DNA from: Dehalococcoidia bacterium
GTDB lineage: Bacteria > Chloroflexota > Dehalococcoidia > GIF9 > AB-539-J10
Direction: 5' to 3'
Assembly (NCBI GenBank): GCA_049671165.1
Contig: JBATUN010000023.1
Span: forward strand, 11,722 to 75,721
DNA: 64,000 bases
Position 1 is the first letter of the stretch, and each line of letters starts with the position of its first letter. Position numbers and translations under genes: made by a program. The notes below the pieces were generated by a model. That model was not told where the DNA came from. It saw nothing but the letters and a program-made list of their open reading frames with translations, and did not search any database. This document shows positions 34,805-45,113 of this stretch, one piece after another.

Positions 34805-35946
34805 CTATTTTTCGCAAACGCCATTATACTTTGGCGACACGAGATTATCAAAGCTTTCCGCGGCAGCCTCTTGGAGACCGGGGGCTACGTGAGAATATGT
34901 ATCAAGAAGTATCTGCATTGAAGCATGACCTAGCCGCTCCTGGACTATTTTGGGGTGTACTCCTTGCTTGAGCATTAAGCTAGTGTGGGTATGCCTTGCA
35001 TCGTGAAGCCTGATAACGTTTAGACCAGCACGGGCAGCTAGCATAGTCCACGCTCTGGTAACCGTATTAGGACGTAATGGCTTGCCGTCTGGTGCGCTGA
35101 ATACTAAGTCTTCCTCCTTTAGCGTTATTCTCAACATAGCTCGTATTCGCTTCTGCTTTTCCTTATGTTCTGCCAGAGTAAGAATGAATGAAGGTGACAG
35201 GGCTATCGTACGTCTGCTCTGAGCTGACTTCGGTTGTGTGAAAAACGTAGCTACCATCCTTCAATTGATGAAGTGAGCGGTTAACGTAAATCTGGTGGAG
35301 GTCCATGTCTCGCCATTGCAGGGCCAATAGTTCAGAGCGACACATCCCGGTAAATAGTGCCGTGCGGAACAGAGCATAATAATAACTATCCTTCGCGGCA
35401 TCCAGGAAATGGCGAACCTCAAGGTCGTCCCAAGTCTGCATCAATTACGGCGAGTACGGGGCACATCTACACCGTCAGCCGCATTACGGTTTAACAATCC
35501 CCACTTAATAGCAGTCTGTAATGCCTTGTGAATCAGGGTTGGTGATATCTTATAGTGAGGGCACTTAGTCCCTTACTCTGCATAGCGCTGTAATGCCTCT
35601 GAATATGCTCACGCTTAACCTGAGTTAGCGGGATTTTGCCAAGACTGGGTATAAGATGTACCCGGACTATGCTTTCATACCGTTCAAAGCCTCTCGGTGA
35701 TAGGTTAGGCCTAGCATAGTCTTTTAACCACCTTTCAAGGTGTTCCCCCAGTGTCGTTTTATTGGGCTTCACAAAAGTACCTGTATCAAGCTGGTGTAGC
35801 AGTTCTGAAAGGCGTTTTTCGGCATCCTTTTTGGTTCCCTTGACGCTTACCCACTGGTATCTATATTTGCCGGTAGTAGGGTCCTTCCCCAAGCTGGTGG
35901 CGATAGAATAGCTGTTTCTACTCCTTCTGGTTATATATTCTCTCAT
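34805..35946 (-). pseudogene. Phage-type tyrosine integrase broken into three reading-frame pieces: N-terminal arm/SAM-like (35533..35946), middle (35163..35444) and catalytic C-terminus (34805..35257)
   Basis: The C-terminal piece carries 'RLHDARHTHTSLML...LGHASMQILLDTYSHV' (the R-H-R-Y catalytic residues). The pieces are in different frames and separated by a degraded gap. Adjacent to the tRNA-Ser genes. Confidence 0.7.
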
Positions 35947-36013
35947 TTTATGCCTCCTTCAGTGGTTAAGATTTGTCAATACGCTAGGGATCATCACGTG
36001 ATGGAGCTGCATT

Positions 36014-36220
36014 ATGAAAGAGGAGAATCTAATAATGACGGTTAAGGAAGCCGCGGCTGTCTTTAATAGCAGTAGGGGCCTGGCTTATCAGGCTGCTCGA
36101 GACGGCAGCATCCCCACGATTCGGATCGGTAGACGTCTGTTTGTCCCCCGCAGGGCTCTCGAGAAGCTCCTCGAAGCACCGATTTCCTCCGATATCAGAG
36201 AACCGGGTAAGCAGTCATAA
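36014..36220 (+). CDS. Excisionase-family HTH DNA-binding protein
   Basis: 'MTVKEAAAVFNSSRGLAYQAARDGSIPTIRIGRRLFVPRRALEKLL' is a typical Xis/MerR-like HTH. Confidence 0.55.
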   Translation: MKEENLIMTVKEAAAVFNSSRGLAYQAARDGSIPTIRIGRRLFVPRRALEKLLEAPISSDIREPGKQS

Positions 36221-36257
36221 CGCGAGCACTTCCAGAGTGACGCGGAGAAATCGAGGC

Positions 36258-36938
36258 ATGGTGAAAGCCTACCTGGAACTGGATGACATGGTTGTGATGG
36301 AGAGAGTTGCTACAAACCTCCGGGATCGCCTGTTAATCAGGATGCTATCACGTCTTGGCTGCCGCATATCGGAGGTTCTTGGTCTCACTTTACAGGATGT
36401 TGACTTCACCCGTGGTACAGTAACAATTAAACATCTCAAAGCCCGCCCAAAGCTGTCCTGCACCGTGTGCGGACAGAAGCTGGGCATAACCCGTACATTC
36501 TGTCCAAACTGTGGCAGCAGGACCGACAAGGTTCAAGTTGAGCAGCAAGAACGTCGAAGGCAGAGGGTACTTCCCGTTGACAACGATACCTTGAAGCTGC
36601 TCAACGAGTATGTGCAACACCGTAGCCCGGTGATTAGGAATGGGAGGGAGCTGATTTCTGGCATAAATCGTCACAGGGCCTGGCAGATCGTGACCCAATG
36701 CCCTGAAAGAGCTGGCTTGCCAAAATTGAACAATCCTGAAACCGGTAGAGTCCATAACGTCAGTCCTCATCGGCTGCGGCATGCCTTTGCCGTGCACGCC
36801 ATCAAATTGGATGATTCTGGTGATGGACCAAGATTGCTCCATGAGCACCTGGGCCACCAGAGCTTCAACGCCACCGCGAAGTATCGAAAGGTGGCCGGGG
36901 AAGAACATCGGGAGTGGTATCAGAAGCTCTGGGAATGA
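36258..36938 (+). CDS. Small tyrosine recombinase (catalytic domain only) with an inserted CxxC...CxxC zinc ribbon
   Basis: 'RISEVLGL', 'HRLRHAFAVH', 'LGHQSFNATAKY' and the insert 'CTVCGQKLGITRTFCPNCG'. The start was chosen at the ATG after the excisionase. Confidence 0.65.
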   Translation: MVKAYLELDDMVVMERVATNLRDRLLIRMLSRLGCRISEVLGLTLQDVDFTRGTVTIKHLKARPKLSCTVCGQKLGITRTFCPNCGSRTDKVQVEQQERRRQRVLPVDNDTLKLLNEYVQHRSPVIRNGRELISGINRHRAWQIVTQCPERAGLPKLNNPETGRVHNVSPHRLRHAFAVHAIKLDDSGDGPRLLHEHLGHQSFNATAKYRKVAGEEHREWYQKLWE

Positions 36939-37001
36939 GGAAATACATGAGCGACACGTCCACATGGAATCGCTTTGTCGAAAGGAAAGGAGCCTTAAGC
37001 A

Positions 37002-37208
37002 ATGGAGAAGTACATAATCCCCAGAAACAAACGGCGGCACCTGGTGGTGTCAGACGCCGTCCACCAGGCGGTAAGCATGTATGCCAGCCAGCGGCAACTT
37101 TCTCTCGTCGAGGCTACATATCGGCTCCTGAAGCTGGGGTTAATCCAGGGGTATGATTTACGGGTCCCGGACGATGAAGTGGACAGGTACGAGATCAAGA
37201 AACCATGA
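37002..37208 (+). CDS. Small ribbon-helix-helix-like protein (possible antitoxin or regulator)
   Basis: An N-terminal basic beta-strand 'KRRHLVVSDAVHQAV' followed by two helices. 68 aa. Confidence 0.35.
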   Translation: MEKYIIPRNKRRHLVVSDAVHQAVSMYASQRQLSLVEATYRLLKLGLIQGYDLRVPDDEVDRYEIKKP

Positions 37209-37485
37209 CAGAACAGTTGAAGGCGATAATCAAGCAGGCGTAATACCTCAGGTTTCGATTGTAATATAAGTTCGGATACTGACCAGGCTGCAAGAGGCCG
37301 CAAAGTAGTATCTTGTAGCCTAGAGAGAGATTCTACTTGTTTTAGAGACCCACTCAGAGCAACTACCGACGGGCAGTGCCAGTTTCTATCGGGGGCATTA
37401 AGATAGACTTTCCTGAAAGCTTTGTAGAGGAGAGAAATAGGCGTTATAATGAAGCAAATCTTGCTACCTCGCGGGGATATGAGTT

Positions 37486-38157
37486 ATGGCTGTTCAGTTG
37501 GAATTCTTGAAGAGTATTGTATACTTTTCCGATCTTGGCATAGCTGAGCTTGAGTCAATCAGAAAGCTCGTCTTCGAGAAAACTGCTGACAGAGCGGAAA
37601 TGGTCTTGCTGGAGGGCGAATCGCCTGATAATCTGTATTTTGTCGCTTCAGGGGCGGTAAAAGCGTTCAAGACCTCGGCCGGAGGAAAGGAGCAGATCTT
37701 GAGCATTGTGCGCCCTGGGGAGTCCTTCAATGATGTCCCTATCTTTGATGGCGGTCCAAATCCCGCCAGCGCTCGGGCTATGGGGCCTGTTCTTCTTTAC
37801 GGGATAAAGAAGAATGACGTGCAAGCTGTCCTCCAGGACCATCCACAGGTGGCATTGAACGTTATTAAGGTACTGGCAAGGCGAGTGCGTCACCTCGTAT
37901 CGCTGGTTGAGGATCTGTCTTTCAAGCATGTCATCAGCAGAGTAGCCAAGATACTCTTTGAGCACATCGGAGGTGAAATAGGTAGTGGGCCGCGGCTTAC
38001 ACAGCAAGAAATGGCAGCTATGGCAGGTACTGCTCGGGAGGTAGTGGGTAGGTCGCTAAAGACATTAGAAGAGGAAGGGGCCATCAAGTTGGATCGGCAT
38101 CGCATAATAATTACGGATAAAAAAGCTCTCCAGAAGGTAATGGAGGTGCCTTCTTGA
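37486..38157 (+). CDS. Crp/Fnr-family transcriptional regulator (cNMP-binding domain plus HTH)
   Basis: 'GESPDNLYFVASGAVKAF' (cNMP-binding) and C-terminal 'MAGTAREVVGRSLKTLEEEGAI' (HTH). Confidence 0.9.
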   Translation: MAVQLEFLKSIVYFSDLGIAELESIRKLVFEKTADRAEMVLLEGESPDNLYFVASGAVKAFKTSAGGKEQILSIVRPGESFNDVPIFDGGPNPASARAMGPVLLYGIKKNDVQAVLQDHPQVALNVIKVLARRVRHLVSLVEDLSFKHVISRVAKILFEHIGGEIGSGPRLTQQEMAAMAGTAREVVGRSLKTLEEEGAIKLDRHRIIITDKKALQKVMEVPS

Positions 38158-38221
38158 GACAAAGGTCACAGACAGATGGCAAGCTTTGATTTTAAAATAA
38201 CTAAAATGGAGACTGGAAGCC

Positions 38222-38428
38222 GTGGCTGAAATGCCTGTTATAGACCCCCAAAAGTGTGATGGCTGTGGGTTATGTGTTGGCGTGTGCCACTTCAATGCTC
38301 TGGCGATAGTTAACAATATTATTACCATTATTGAAACAGTGGAGTGCGACTGGTGCACAGACTGCGAAGCCGTTTGTCTCACTGGGGCCATAAGTTGCCC
38401 CTTTGAGATAATTGTCCAAGAGCGCTAG
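38222..38428 (+). CDS. 2x[4Fe-4S] ferredoxin
   Basis: 'CDGCGLCVGVC' and 'CDWCTDCEAVC'. Confidence 0.75.
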   Translation: MAEMPVIDPQKCDGCGLCVGVCHFNALAIVNNIITIIETVECDWCTDCEAVCLTGAISCPFEIIVQER

Positions 38429-38619
38429 AGACCAACTAACACCTTCTGTACAATATTTTCACCCGCTTTCCCGGTTAATCTTCTAGTATCCCGTGTTTAC
38501 TTGTCCCGTCGTCATGTCTGTATGAGACAAAAGTCGCATACAGGAATTGCCTCCCTACCTATAATGATTTTGCATGAAAGACGCATCTGTCCGAACGAAA
38601 AGTGTAAAGGAGGCTGAAG

Positions 38620-40038
38620 ATGATAACGGTTTTAGAAAACGTTAAAGATAGAAAACGAGTCTCTTCCGAGGATGAGGAATTGCATTTGACTGGCGAGGAA
38701 AATGACCAGGGAGAGGAATTCTCTGAGCTTGAGATTACTCCTCAAAAGCGGGATCTCGAACTTGGTGAGGACCTGTTGAATTTATATTTGGATGAGGTGG
38801 GGCAAACTCCCCTTCTCAATGCCGAGGAGGAAAGAGTGCTGGGCAGCCAGATAGAGGAAGGGAAGCATCTTTCCCGGCTTGAGCAAGACTGGCTCGCCGG
38901 ACATGACGGTCAGCCATCGGCAATCGACCTATTGTTGGTATTGGTGGAGCGCTTCAGCCGGGCGCGTTTGCTCTTTGAAACCCTTTATCAGTATCTGGAA
39001 CTTCCTTCTCATGGGAGTATAGCAGAGAAAGTATCACACCCAGATCTACGTCGCGCAATTGACGGCAATATCGATCAGCATCTGTCCAGTGCTATAGCAG
39101 AAATTACCGGGGCAAGCCAAACCAAAATCGAGAAAACTGTGATTGAATTATCGCTGGACAGCCGGCTAATACCTTGGCATATCATGGAAGATGCAGGCCG
39201 GAGAAGTTCCTTGGCCGAATTTGGGAAGGTGCTGCATTCGCCGGAATTCCAGGACAAACTAAAAGCGCATCGCTCAGAAACTGTCAAGCACTTTGAGCAA
39301 ATAAGAGAAAGGGCACGACGGGCAACCAACTACATGATTCAAGCCAATTTGCGCCTGGTGATAAGCGTGGCCAAGGGACGTATTGGTTGGGGCGTGCCTC
39401 TATCTGATCTCATTCAGGAAGGTAGTATCGGGTTAATGCAAGCGGTGCGGAAATTCGACCATCGCAGAGGCTACAAGTTCAGTACATACGCTATTCCCTG
39501 GATCTGGCAGGCAATAAACAGGGCAGTTGATGACCAGTCACGCATTGTACGCCTACCGGGACATGTGGTTGAGGAGCTGACCAGGCTGTCACGGGTAAGA
39601 AGGAACTTAGCTCAGAAGCTTGGCCGCCAGCCGATTGAGAAGGAGTTAGCTTCTGAGACGGGACTGCCGTTCAAAAAGATAGAATCGCTGCTTAAGCTGA
39701 GTTCTGGTGTGCCTATTTCTTTTGAGACACCTGTAGGAGAAGAGGGAGGCCAACTCGGTGATTTAATCGCAGATCAGACGATTATGCAGCCTGAGGAGCA
39801 GTCTACTGCAAGTCTGCTCAGGGAAGAGTTGGCCAAAACATTGGAGTCGCTGACACCACGAGAACGACGCATAATCGAATTGAGGTTTGGGCTGGGCAAT
39901 GAGTACAGTCGGACCCTAGCAGAGGTTGGCATAGAGTTAGGTCTCAGCAAGGAGCGAATACGGCAGATTGAAAAAGAAGCACTCGCTAAGCTGCGCCATC
40001 CGAGTCGCAGTCGCGAGTTGATAGGATATCTCGGATGA
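38620..40038 (+). CDS. rpoD: RNA polymerase sigma-70 factor (RpoD-like) with an acidic N-terminal extension
   Basis: Region 1.2 'LNLYLDEVGQTPLL', region 2 'IQEGSIGLMQAVRKFDHRRGYKFSTYAIPWIWQAI' and region 4 'LTPRERRIIELRFGL...TLAEVG..LGLSKERIRQIE'. Confidence 0.9.
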   Translation: MITVLENVKDRKRVSSEDEELHLTGEENDQGEEFSELEITPQKRDLELGEDLLNLYLDEVGQTPLLNAEEERVLGSQIEEGKHLSRLEQDWLAGHDGQPSAIDLLLVLVERFSRARLLFETLYQYLELPSHGSIAEKVSHPDLRRAIDGNIDQHLSSAIAEITGASQTKIEKTVIELSLDSRLIPWHIMEDAGRRSSLAEFGKVLHSPEFQDKLKAHRSETVKHFEQIRERARRATNYMIQANLRLVISVAKGRIGWGVPLSDLIQEGSIGLMQAVRKFDHRRGYKFSTYAIPWIWQAINRAVDDQSRIVRLPGHVVEELTRLSRVRRNLAQKLGRQPIEKELASETGLPFKKIESLLKLSSGVPISFETPVGEEGGQLGDLIADQTIMQPEEQSTASLLREELAKTLESLTPRERRIIELRFGLGNEYSRTLAEVGIELGLSKERIRQIEKEALAKLRHPSRSRELIGYLG

Positions 40039-40735
40039 TGAGTTTTCAGGCTGTTTAATTTTGATTTTTCGTTCAAATTTCGGCATTTTACATGCTGCCT
40101 CCTTTTGGCGGGAAACAAATCCCCGCCCTACGAAGCCTGATTTATGCAGTCACTTTTTGTCAGGTCATCAGGAAACCATGGCACAGAAATTTGATCAGTT
40201 ATTGGACGCCGGTCGGCATGCTGAAATTTGAGAAGCTGCTGTTAGCAAATTCTAGACCGCTTGAATAACATAAAGTGCCTTCGCCGTGAAAATGAAACTC
40301 AGCTCAATGATTTGATGAAAACCAGAGAGAATCTAACAGATTTCGCCAATACCAAAGTCAAGTTGGGTGATTTGTATGATCGAGTGTTAGAGAATCTTCA
40401 ATGCGCCACACCGGAAACAAAGGCACTAGCCCTGGATACTCTGGACATGAATGTTTATGCCAGAGGCACTGACGGTGTAGAGATTCAGGGTGTCATTCCG
40501 CTGGAATTAGCTTCACTCACCACTGCACAGACATCGGCATCACTGTTCCGTTGTAGATATAGCTATATTAAGGGCAAAGGCTATGCTTTGTCAAGGGCAT
40601 AGCCATGACTTTAGGCGGGTACATTGACCTGAATCGAACTCTCCGTGAAGTATGGTTGACTTTTTTGTAACATTTCAGGCTGGTGTGCAATCTCACCATC
40701 AGGCACTCTGTAGCCTTAGCCCAACTGCCTGAGTT

Positions 40736-42337
40736 CTAATAGTCAACAATCACTCCCCTCGCCTCAAGTTGTGGTATGTATATGCTGATGGAATCAGAGC
40801 TCAGCGGATTCTCCCGGAGGTAAACTTCATCCCCTTCTGAAAGCCCTTCATTATCCACCAGAGGTGAGATATCGCTTATCTGGTTATGGCCGAGGTGGAG
40901 GTCTTTTAAGTTGGTGAGGTTGGCCAGAGGCAAGATATCGCTTACCTGGTTAGACGCAAGCCAGAGGTCTGTTAGGTTAGTGAGGTGGGCCAGGGGCGAG
41001 ATATCACTCACCGAGTTACTGTACAGCATGAGCCGTCCGAGGCTGGTGAGGTTGGCCAGAGGCGAGATATCACTTATCTGGTTAGAGCCGAGGTGGAGGT
41101 CTGTCAGGTTGGTTAGGTTGGCCAGAGCGGAGATATCGGTTATCTGATTTTCCCAGAGGATTAGGTCTGTCAGGTTGGTTAGGTTGGCCAGAGGCGAGAT
41201 ATCGGTTATCTGGTTATCATAGAGGGAGAGGTCTGTCAGGTTGGTTAGGTTGGCCAGGGGCGAGACATTCTTTATCTGGTTAGACCCGAGGTAGACCTCT
41301 GTCAGGTCCGTGAGGTTGGCCAGAGTGGAGATATCGCTTATCGGGGTAGACGCAAGGTCGAGGAGTGTCAGGTTGGTTAGGTTGGCCAGGGGCGAGACAT
41401 TCTTTATCTGGTTAGAGCCGAGGTAGACCTCTGTCAGGTCTGTGAGCTTGGCCAGAGTGGAGATATCGCTTATCTGGTTAGACGCAAGTTGGAGGAGTGT
41501 CAGGTTGGTGAGGTTGGCCAGAGGCGAGACATCGCTTATCTGATTACCGTAGAGGTGGAGGAGTGTCAGGTTGGTGAGGGTAGCCAGGGGCGAGATATCG
41601 CTTATCTCGTTATAGTCAAGCCAGAGGTCTGTTAGGTTAGTGAGGTCGGCCAGGGGCGAGATGTTGCTTGTCTGGTTGTCCCGAAGGTCGAGCCACGTCA
41701 GGCCGGTGAGGCCCGCCAGAGCCGACACATCGCCTATCTGGTTACTCTCAAGGTCGAGTGAGGTCAGGCTGGTGAGGTCAGCCAGGGGCAAGATATCGCT
41801 TATCTGGTTAGAGTTCAGGCCGAGATATGTCAGGTTGGTGAGGCTGGCCAAAGGGGAGATATCGCTTATCTGGTTAGAGCCGAGGTAGAGGTCTGTCAGG
41901 TTGGTTAGGGTAGCCAGGGACGAGATATCGCTTATCTCGTTATCATAGAGGTAGAGGTCTGTCAGGTTGGTTAGGTTGGCCAAGGGCAAGACGTCGCTTA
42001 TTTGGTTCGCCGTGAGCCACAGGGTACTAAGATTGGTGAGGCTGGCCAGAGGCGAGGCATCGCTTATTTGGTTACCATTGAGATTGAGGTTCGCCAGGTT
42101 GGTGCAGTGATCGAGCCCGGTGACATCGGTGATATTCCTACCAGAAGCGCCAAGAGAGCTTAGTCCCTCCAGGTCCTCAGAATAGATGGGCCCCTCCGGT
42201 TTGCCGATGGCTTCTCTTACTGCTGTCTCAATGTTAGAATCGGCGAAGGTAATTATGTGCGGACGCAGCGCCACCACGAGTACGATGGCGACTGCAATGC
42301 ATGCTACAGCGATTCCTATCAGCTTGTTCCTGCTCAT
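40736..42337 (-). CDS. Leucine-rich-repeat (internalin-like) protein with an N-terminal signal anchor and about twenty 22-aa LRRs
   Basis: 'LTNLT.L.L..NQISDISPLA' repeated with a 66-nt period. N-terminal hydrophobic helix. Confidence 0.9.
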   Translation of the reverse strand: MSRNKLIGIAVACIAVAIVLVVALRPHIITFADSNIETAVREAIGKPEGPIYSEDLEGLSSLGASGRNITDVTGLDHCTNLANLNLNGNQISDASPLASLTNLSTLWLTANQISDVLPLANLTNLTDLYLYDNEISDISSLATLTNLTDLYLGSNQISDISPLASLTNLTYLGLNSNQISDILPLADLTSLTSLDLESNQIGDVSALAGLTGLTWLDLRDNQTSNISPLADLTNLTDLWLDYNEISDISPLATLTNLTLLHLYGNQISDVSPLANLTNLTLLQLASNQISDISTLAKLTDLTEVYLGSNQIKNVSPLANLTNLTLLDLASTPISDISTLANLTDLTEVYLGSNQIKNVSPLANLTNLTDLSLYDNQITDISPLANLTNLTDLILWENQITDISALANLTNLTDLHLGSNQISDISPLANLTSLGRLMLYSNSVSDISPLAHLTNLTDLWLASNQVSDILPLANLTNLKDLHLGHNQISDISPLVDNEGLSEGDEVYLRENPLSSDSISIYIPQLEARGVIVDY

Positions 42338-42808
42338 CCTATCCTCCTTTTGTAGACATGTGTGATATTCATACCATAAAGCATGCGACCAGAAGTGTCA
42401 ATAGGTTGTTCATTTGCTCGCAGAACAATCTGAGGGGCACGACGACCAGAATAACATGAGCAACGTAACACCTATACCTTCTAGCTTGAGGTTGTCCGCA
42501 GGTGTTGCGTAGAGACGTGAGTTAACGTTATTTTGTTGCGCCAAGGGGAACAAAACACCATTTTTTCCTGATGAGTTAACGGAACACTGCTTTGCTACCT
42601 CCAGGCGGATACCGGGATGTTTGCATTTTCTATTAGGCGAACATGACCACGGCACGAACATGGGGATGTCTAACTCTGAACTTTCAGTCATACCACAGGA
42701 AAAGAGACATTGTATACTGTGACCGGAAATTTTTCTTCCGGCGTAACTGTTTTTTATGTTAATATATTGATTGTAATCTAAATGCACCATTTGTAGAAAG
42801 GTCCTAAT

Positions 42809-44257
42809 GTGGCTATTCACTATTTAAAGCTGAGCCCTAAACGCCCACAATGGCTTGGAGGCGGTCAGTGGATTTTGTCAGACTTGACTGATGTAAATGT
42901 TATTTTTGGAAGGAACAGTTCTGGAAAAAGCCTTTTGCTTAGGGCTCTGTTTGATGAATTGAAAGGACAATCTCAGTATGTGTCTCCTGAGCGTGCTGGT
43001 GAGGTCAGCTACCAGCAAGCGATTGTAGAGGAAGAACTCCAAGAAGAAAGACGTGGCAGTCAACGGAAAGGAAAGAATCAAGCTGCGCGCTTTCGCCAAG
43101 AAAGTGTTTCCCGGCTAGGCTCATTAGAGATGAGAATCGGTGAATTAGCAGGAAAAGGGAGACCAGTACCTACAATGTTGCTCAAAATCGAGAGAGACCT
43201 TGCGGCTCTATTGCCTGACTTTAAGTTCTCAATAATTAATGAACCACCTCTCTTTAAACTTGAAAGGTATGACTACGAAAAGGACCAAATGACTTCTGTA
43301 AACCCTCAGCAGTTAAGCAGTGGTGAAACTGAGATGCTTACACTGGCTCTTGACTTGCTGACAATATGCAGTCTATGGGAACTTGAGGAAAGGCCTAAAC
43401 GAGTTCTTCTGATCGACGAACCCGATCCTCACTTACATCCGGACCTTCAGCTATCGTTGGCGGAGTTTCTTGTTCGACTTGGGCGTGAGTACAATACCCA
43501 AATCTTTGTTGCAACTCATAGCACTACACTCCTAGCAAGCTTGGGACAACAACGAGGGAGCGAAGTTGGAGTTATATATCTCAATAATGCACAGAACCAA
43601 CAAGAATTGATTAAATTCAACGAATATTACCAAAAGCTTAGTGTGTGTTTAGGTGGACATGCTTTAATGGGTCCCCTATTTAATGCGCCACTCCTTCTTG
43701 TTGAAGGAGACGATGATTATCAGATTTGGAGTCACCTACCACGTAATCCTAATTATGGACGTTCCTTGGCAGTAATTCCTTGCGGAGGTGAGAAGATAAT
43801 GCAGTACCAATCGACTCTCGAAGCTTTGTTTGGGAGTCTCCGAGGAACAAAAAGCGGTCCTCTTGGGTATGCACTCGTTGATGGGGACAAATCAGTACCG
43901 GGTAATGTCAGCCAGGAGCACATCAAGTTTTTGAAGCTTAAATGTCATGAAGCAGAAAACTTGTATCTGACCGATCAGGTGCTCAATAAACTGGGCTATA
44001 CTTGGCGGGAAGCCAGCAAGCAGATCATTGGAAAGGCAAATGAATATGGCGGCAAGGCCGAAGCATTAAATCAGTGTGAAAACTGGGACCGAAAAAAGGA
44101 AGATGTGAAAAACGTCATTATGCCTATTGCTCAAATTTTAGATCAGAAAGGCTTGCCGTGGACCATGCGCTTAGGGAAGTTACTTGGTGAGCGTAAGCCT
44201 AAAGCTCAATTGGCGGAATTTCTTGGCGAGGACGTTATCGAAGCGATTTGGGGATAG
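42809..44257 (+). CDS. OLD-family-like / PARIS-like ABC-type ATPase fused to a TOPRIM-like domain (candidate anti-phage nuclease)
   Basis: Walker A 'GRNSSGKS', Walker B / D-loop 'VLLIDEPDPHLHP' and C-terminal 'LLLVEGDDD' plus 'ALVDGDKS' (TOPRIM-like E and DxD). AT-rich gene. Confidence 0.7.
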   Translation: MAIHYLKLSPKRPQWLGGGQWILSDLTDVNVIFGRNSSGKSLLLRALFDELKGQSQYVSPERAGEVSYQQAIVEEELQEERRGSQRKGKNQAARFRQESVSRLGSLEMRIGELAGKGRPVPTMLLKIERDLAALLPDFKFSIINEPPLFKLERYDYEKDQMTSVNPQQLSSGETEMLTLALDLLTICSLWELEERPKRVLLIDEPDPHLHPDLQLSLAEFLVRLGREYNTQIFVATHSTTLLASLGQQRGSEVGVIYLNNAQNQQELIKFNEYYQKLSVCLGGHALMGPLFNAPLLLVEGDDDYQIWSHLPRNPNYGRSLAVIPCGGEKIMQYQSTLEALFGSLRGTKSGPLGYALVDGDKSVPGNVSQEHIKFLKLKCHEAENLYLTDQVLNKLGYTWREASKQIIGKANEYGGKAEALNQCENWDRKKEDVKNVIMPIAQILDQKGLPWTMRLGKLLGERKPKAQLAEFLGEDVIEAIWG

Positions 44258-44435
44258 ACTTCATCTTAAGATAATCTGTCGATGTTCCCTAACTGCTGTT
44301 CCTAAAAAGGGAGTAATAGTCTGCCCTTTCACGGTTATGAGGTTAATTAAGATTTATTACCAGTGCAGGAACATAGGGATGTTTGCCATTCCATGCGTAC
44401 GCTACCGCAGTGTCTTCATATGTGTTGTTTGAAAA

Positions 44436-45113
44436 TCAAGCGGGGAATCTGGCGATGAAGTCTCGTATTCCTTGCAGTGTTAATTCAACTTGGTCTTCAG
44501 TGTATTCAGTATATTTACCATGAGCTGCCTTGTTACGAAGGTCAAGCCAAGCAGTAATATTCTTCTGGTCTAGACGATTGTACACGTTGGAATTGGCGAG
44601 GTCTGCATTCATCGCATCTGCTTTTTTGAGACGGTCCTTTGTTTTGATATTGATTGAGTTTTTCAGGCAAAGTTTCCTGAGATGTTCTTCTAAAACACCG
44701 CCGATAATAACAGCAGCGGGGTCTTTATAGCCTTCTTTCAATAGATACTGCCCCATGTCAAGAAAATCGCTGAAGAGTTCGGCGTGTATCAGTTCCTCAA
44801 CTTCATATAGGTATCCAGATTCATATGCAGTTTTTAAGGCTTGGACGATACCGACCAAAACTGGAATGATAGCACGGTTAAGATGACCATAGTGATCTAG
44901 GGCGAGCTCCAAGCTTGTATAGTAGTATGTTCCGGTGGGTGCGAGACGTTGTATAGCTGCGACCAAAGATGTACGCACCTGGACTTGTATAGCTTTCGTG
45001 CCATCACCCAAATCGTCACCATAGTTTTTCCTAAGGTTTGCGTAACTACCCAATATTTGTTGAAGTTGGTCGCTAGGTGATGGTTTTGCAGTCATGTTAA
45101 GTGATTCTGCCAA
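44436..45113 (-). CDS. Hypothetical protein with a C-terminal HEPN-like Rx4H motif (DUF4145/Swt1-like)
   Basis: 'WLDLRNKAAHGKY' near the C-terminus of a predicted all-helical protein. Convergent with the ATPase gene. Confidence 0.45.
   Translation of the reverse strand: MAESLNMTAKPSPSDQLQQILGSYANLRKNYGDDLGDGTKAIQVQVRTSLVAAIQRLAPTGTYYYTSLELALDHYGHLNRAIIPVLVGIVQALKTAYESGYLYEVEELIHAELFSDFLDMGQYLLKEGYKDPAAVIIGGVLEEHLRKLCLKNSINIKTKDRLKKADAMNADLANSNVYNRLDQKNITAWLDLRNKAAHGKYTEYTEDQVELTLQGIRDFIARFPA

Noticed and set aside
36390-37040. A 216-aa minus-strand ORF overlapping the mini-recombinase gene
   Set aside because: It is antisense to a CDS with clear tyrosine-recombinase catalytic motifs.
40095-40130. 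The GGCGGG...CCCGCC hairpin after the rpoD-like gene as an intrinsic terminator
   Set aside because: The stem is short and no T-run follows it, so there is too little support for a terminator call.
40911-42200. Highly regular 66-nt periodic repeats that could be mistaken for a CRISPR array or a satellite
   Set aside because: The periodicity is the coding periodicity of 22-aa leucine-rich repeats in an intact 533-aa ORF. The spacers are not unique.
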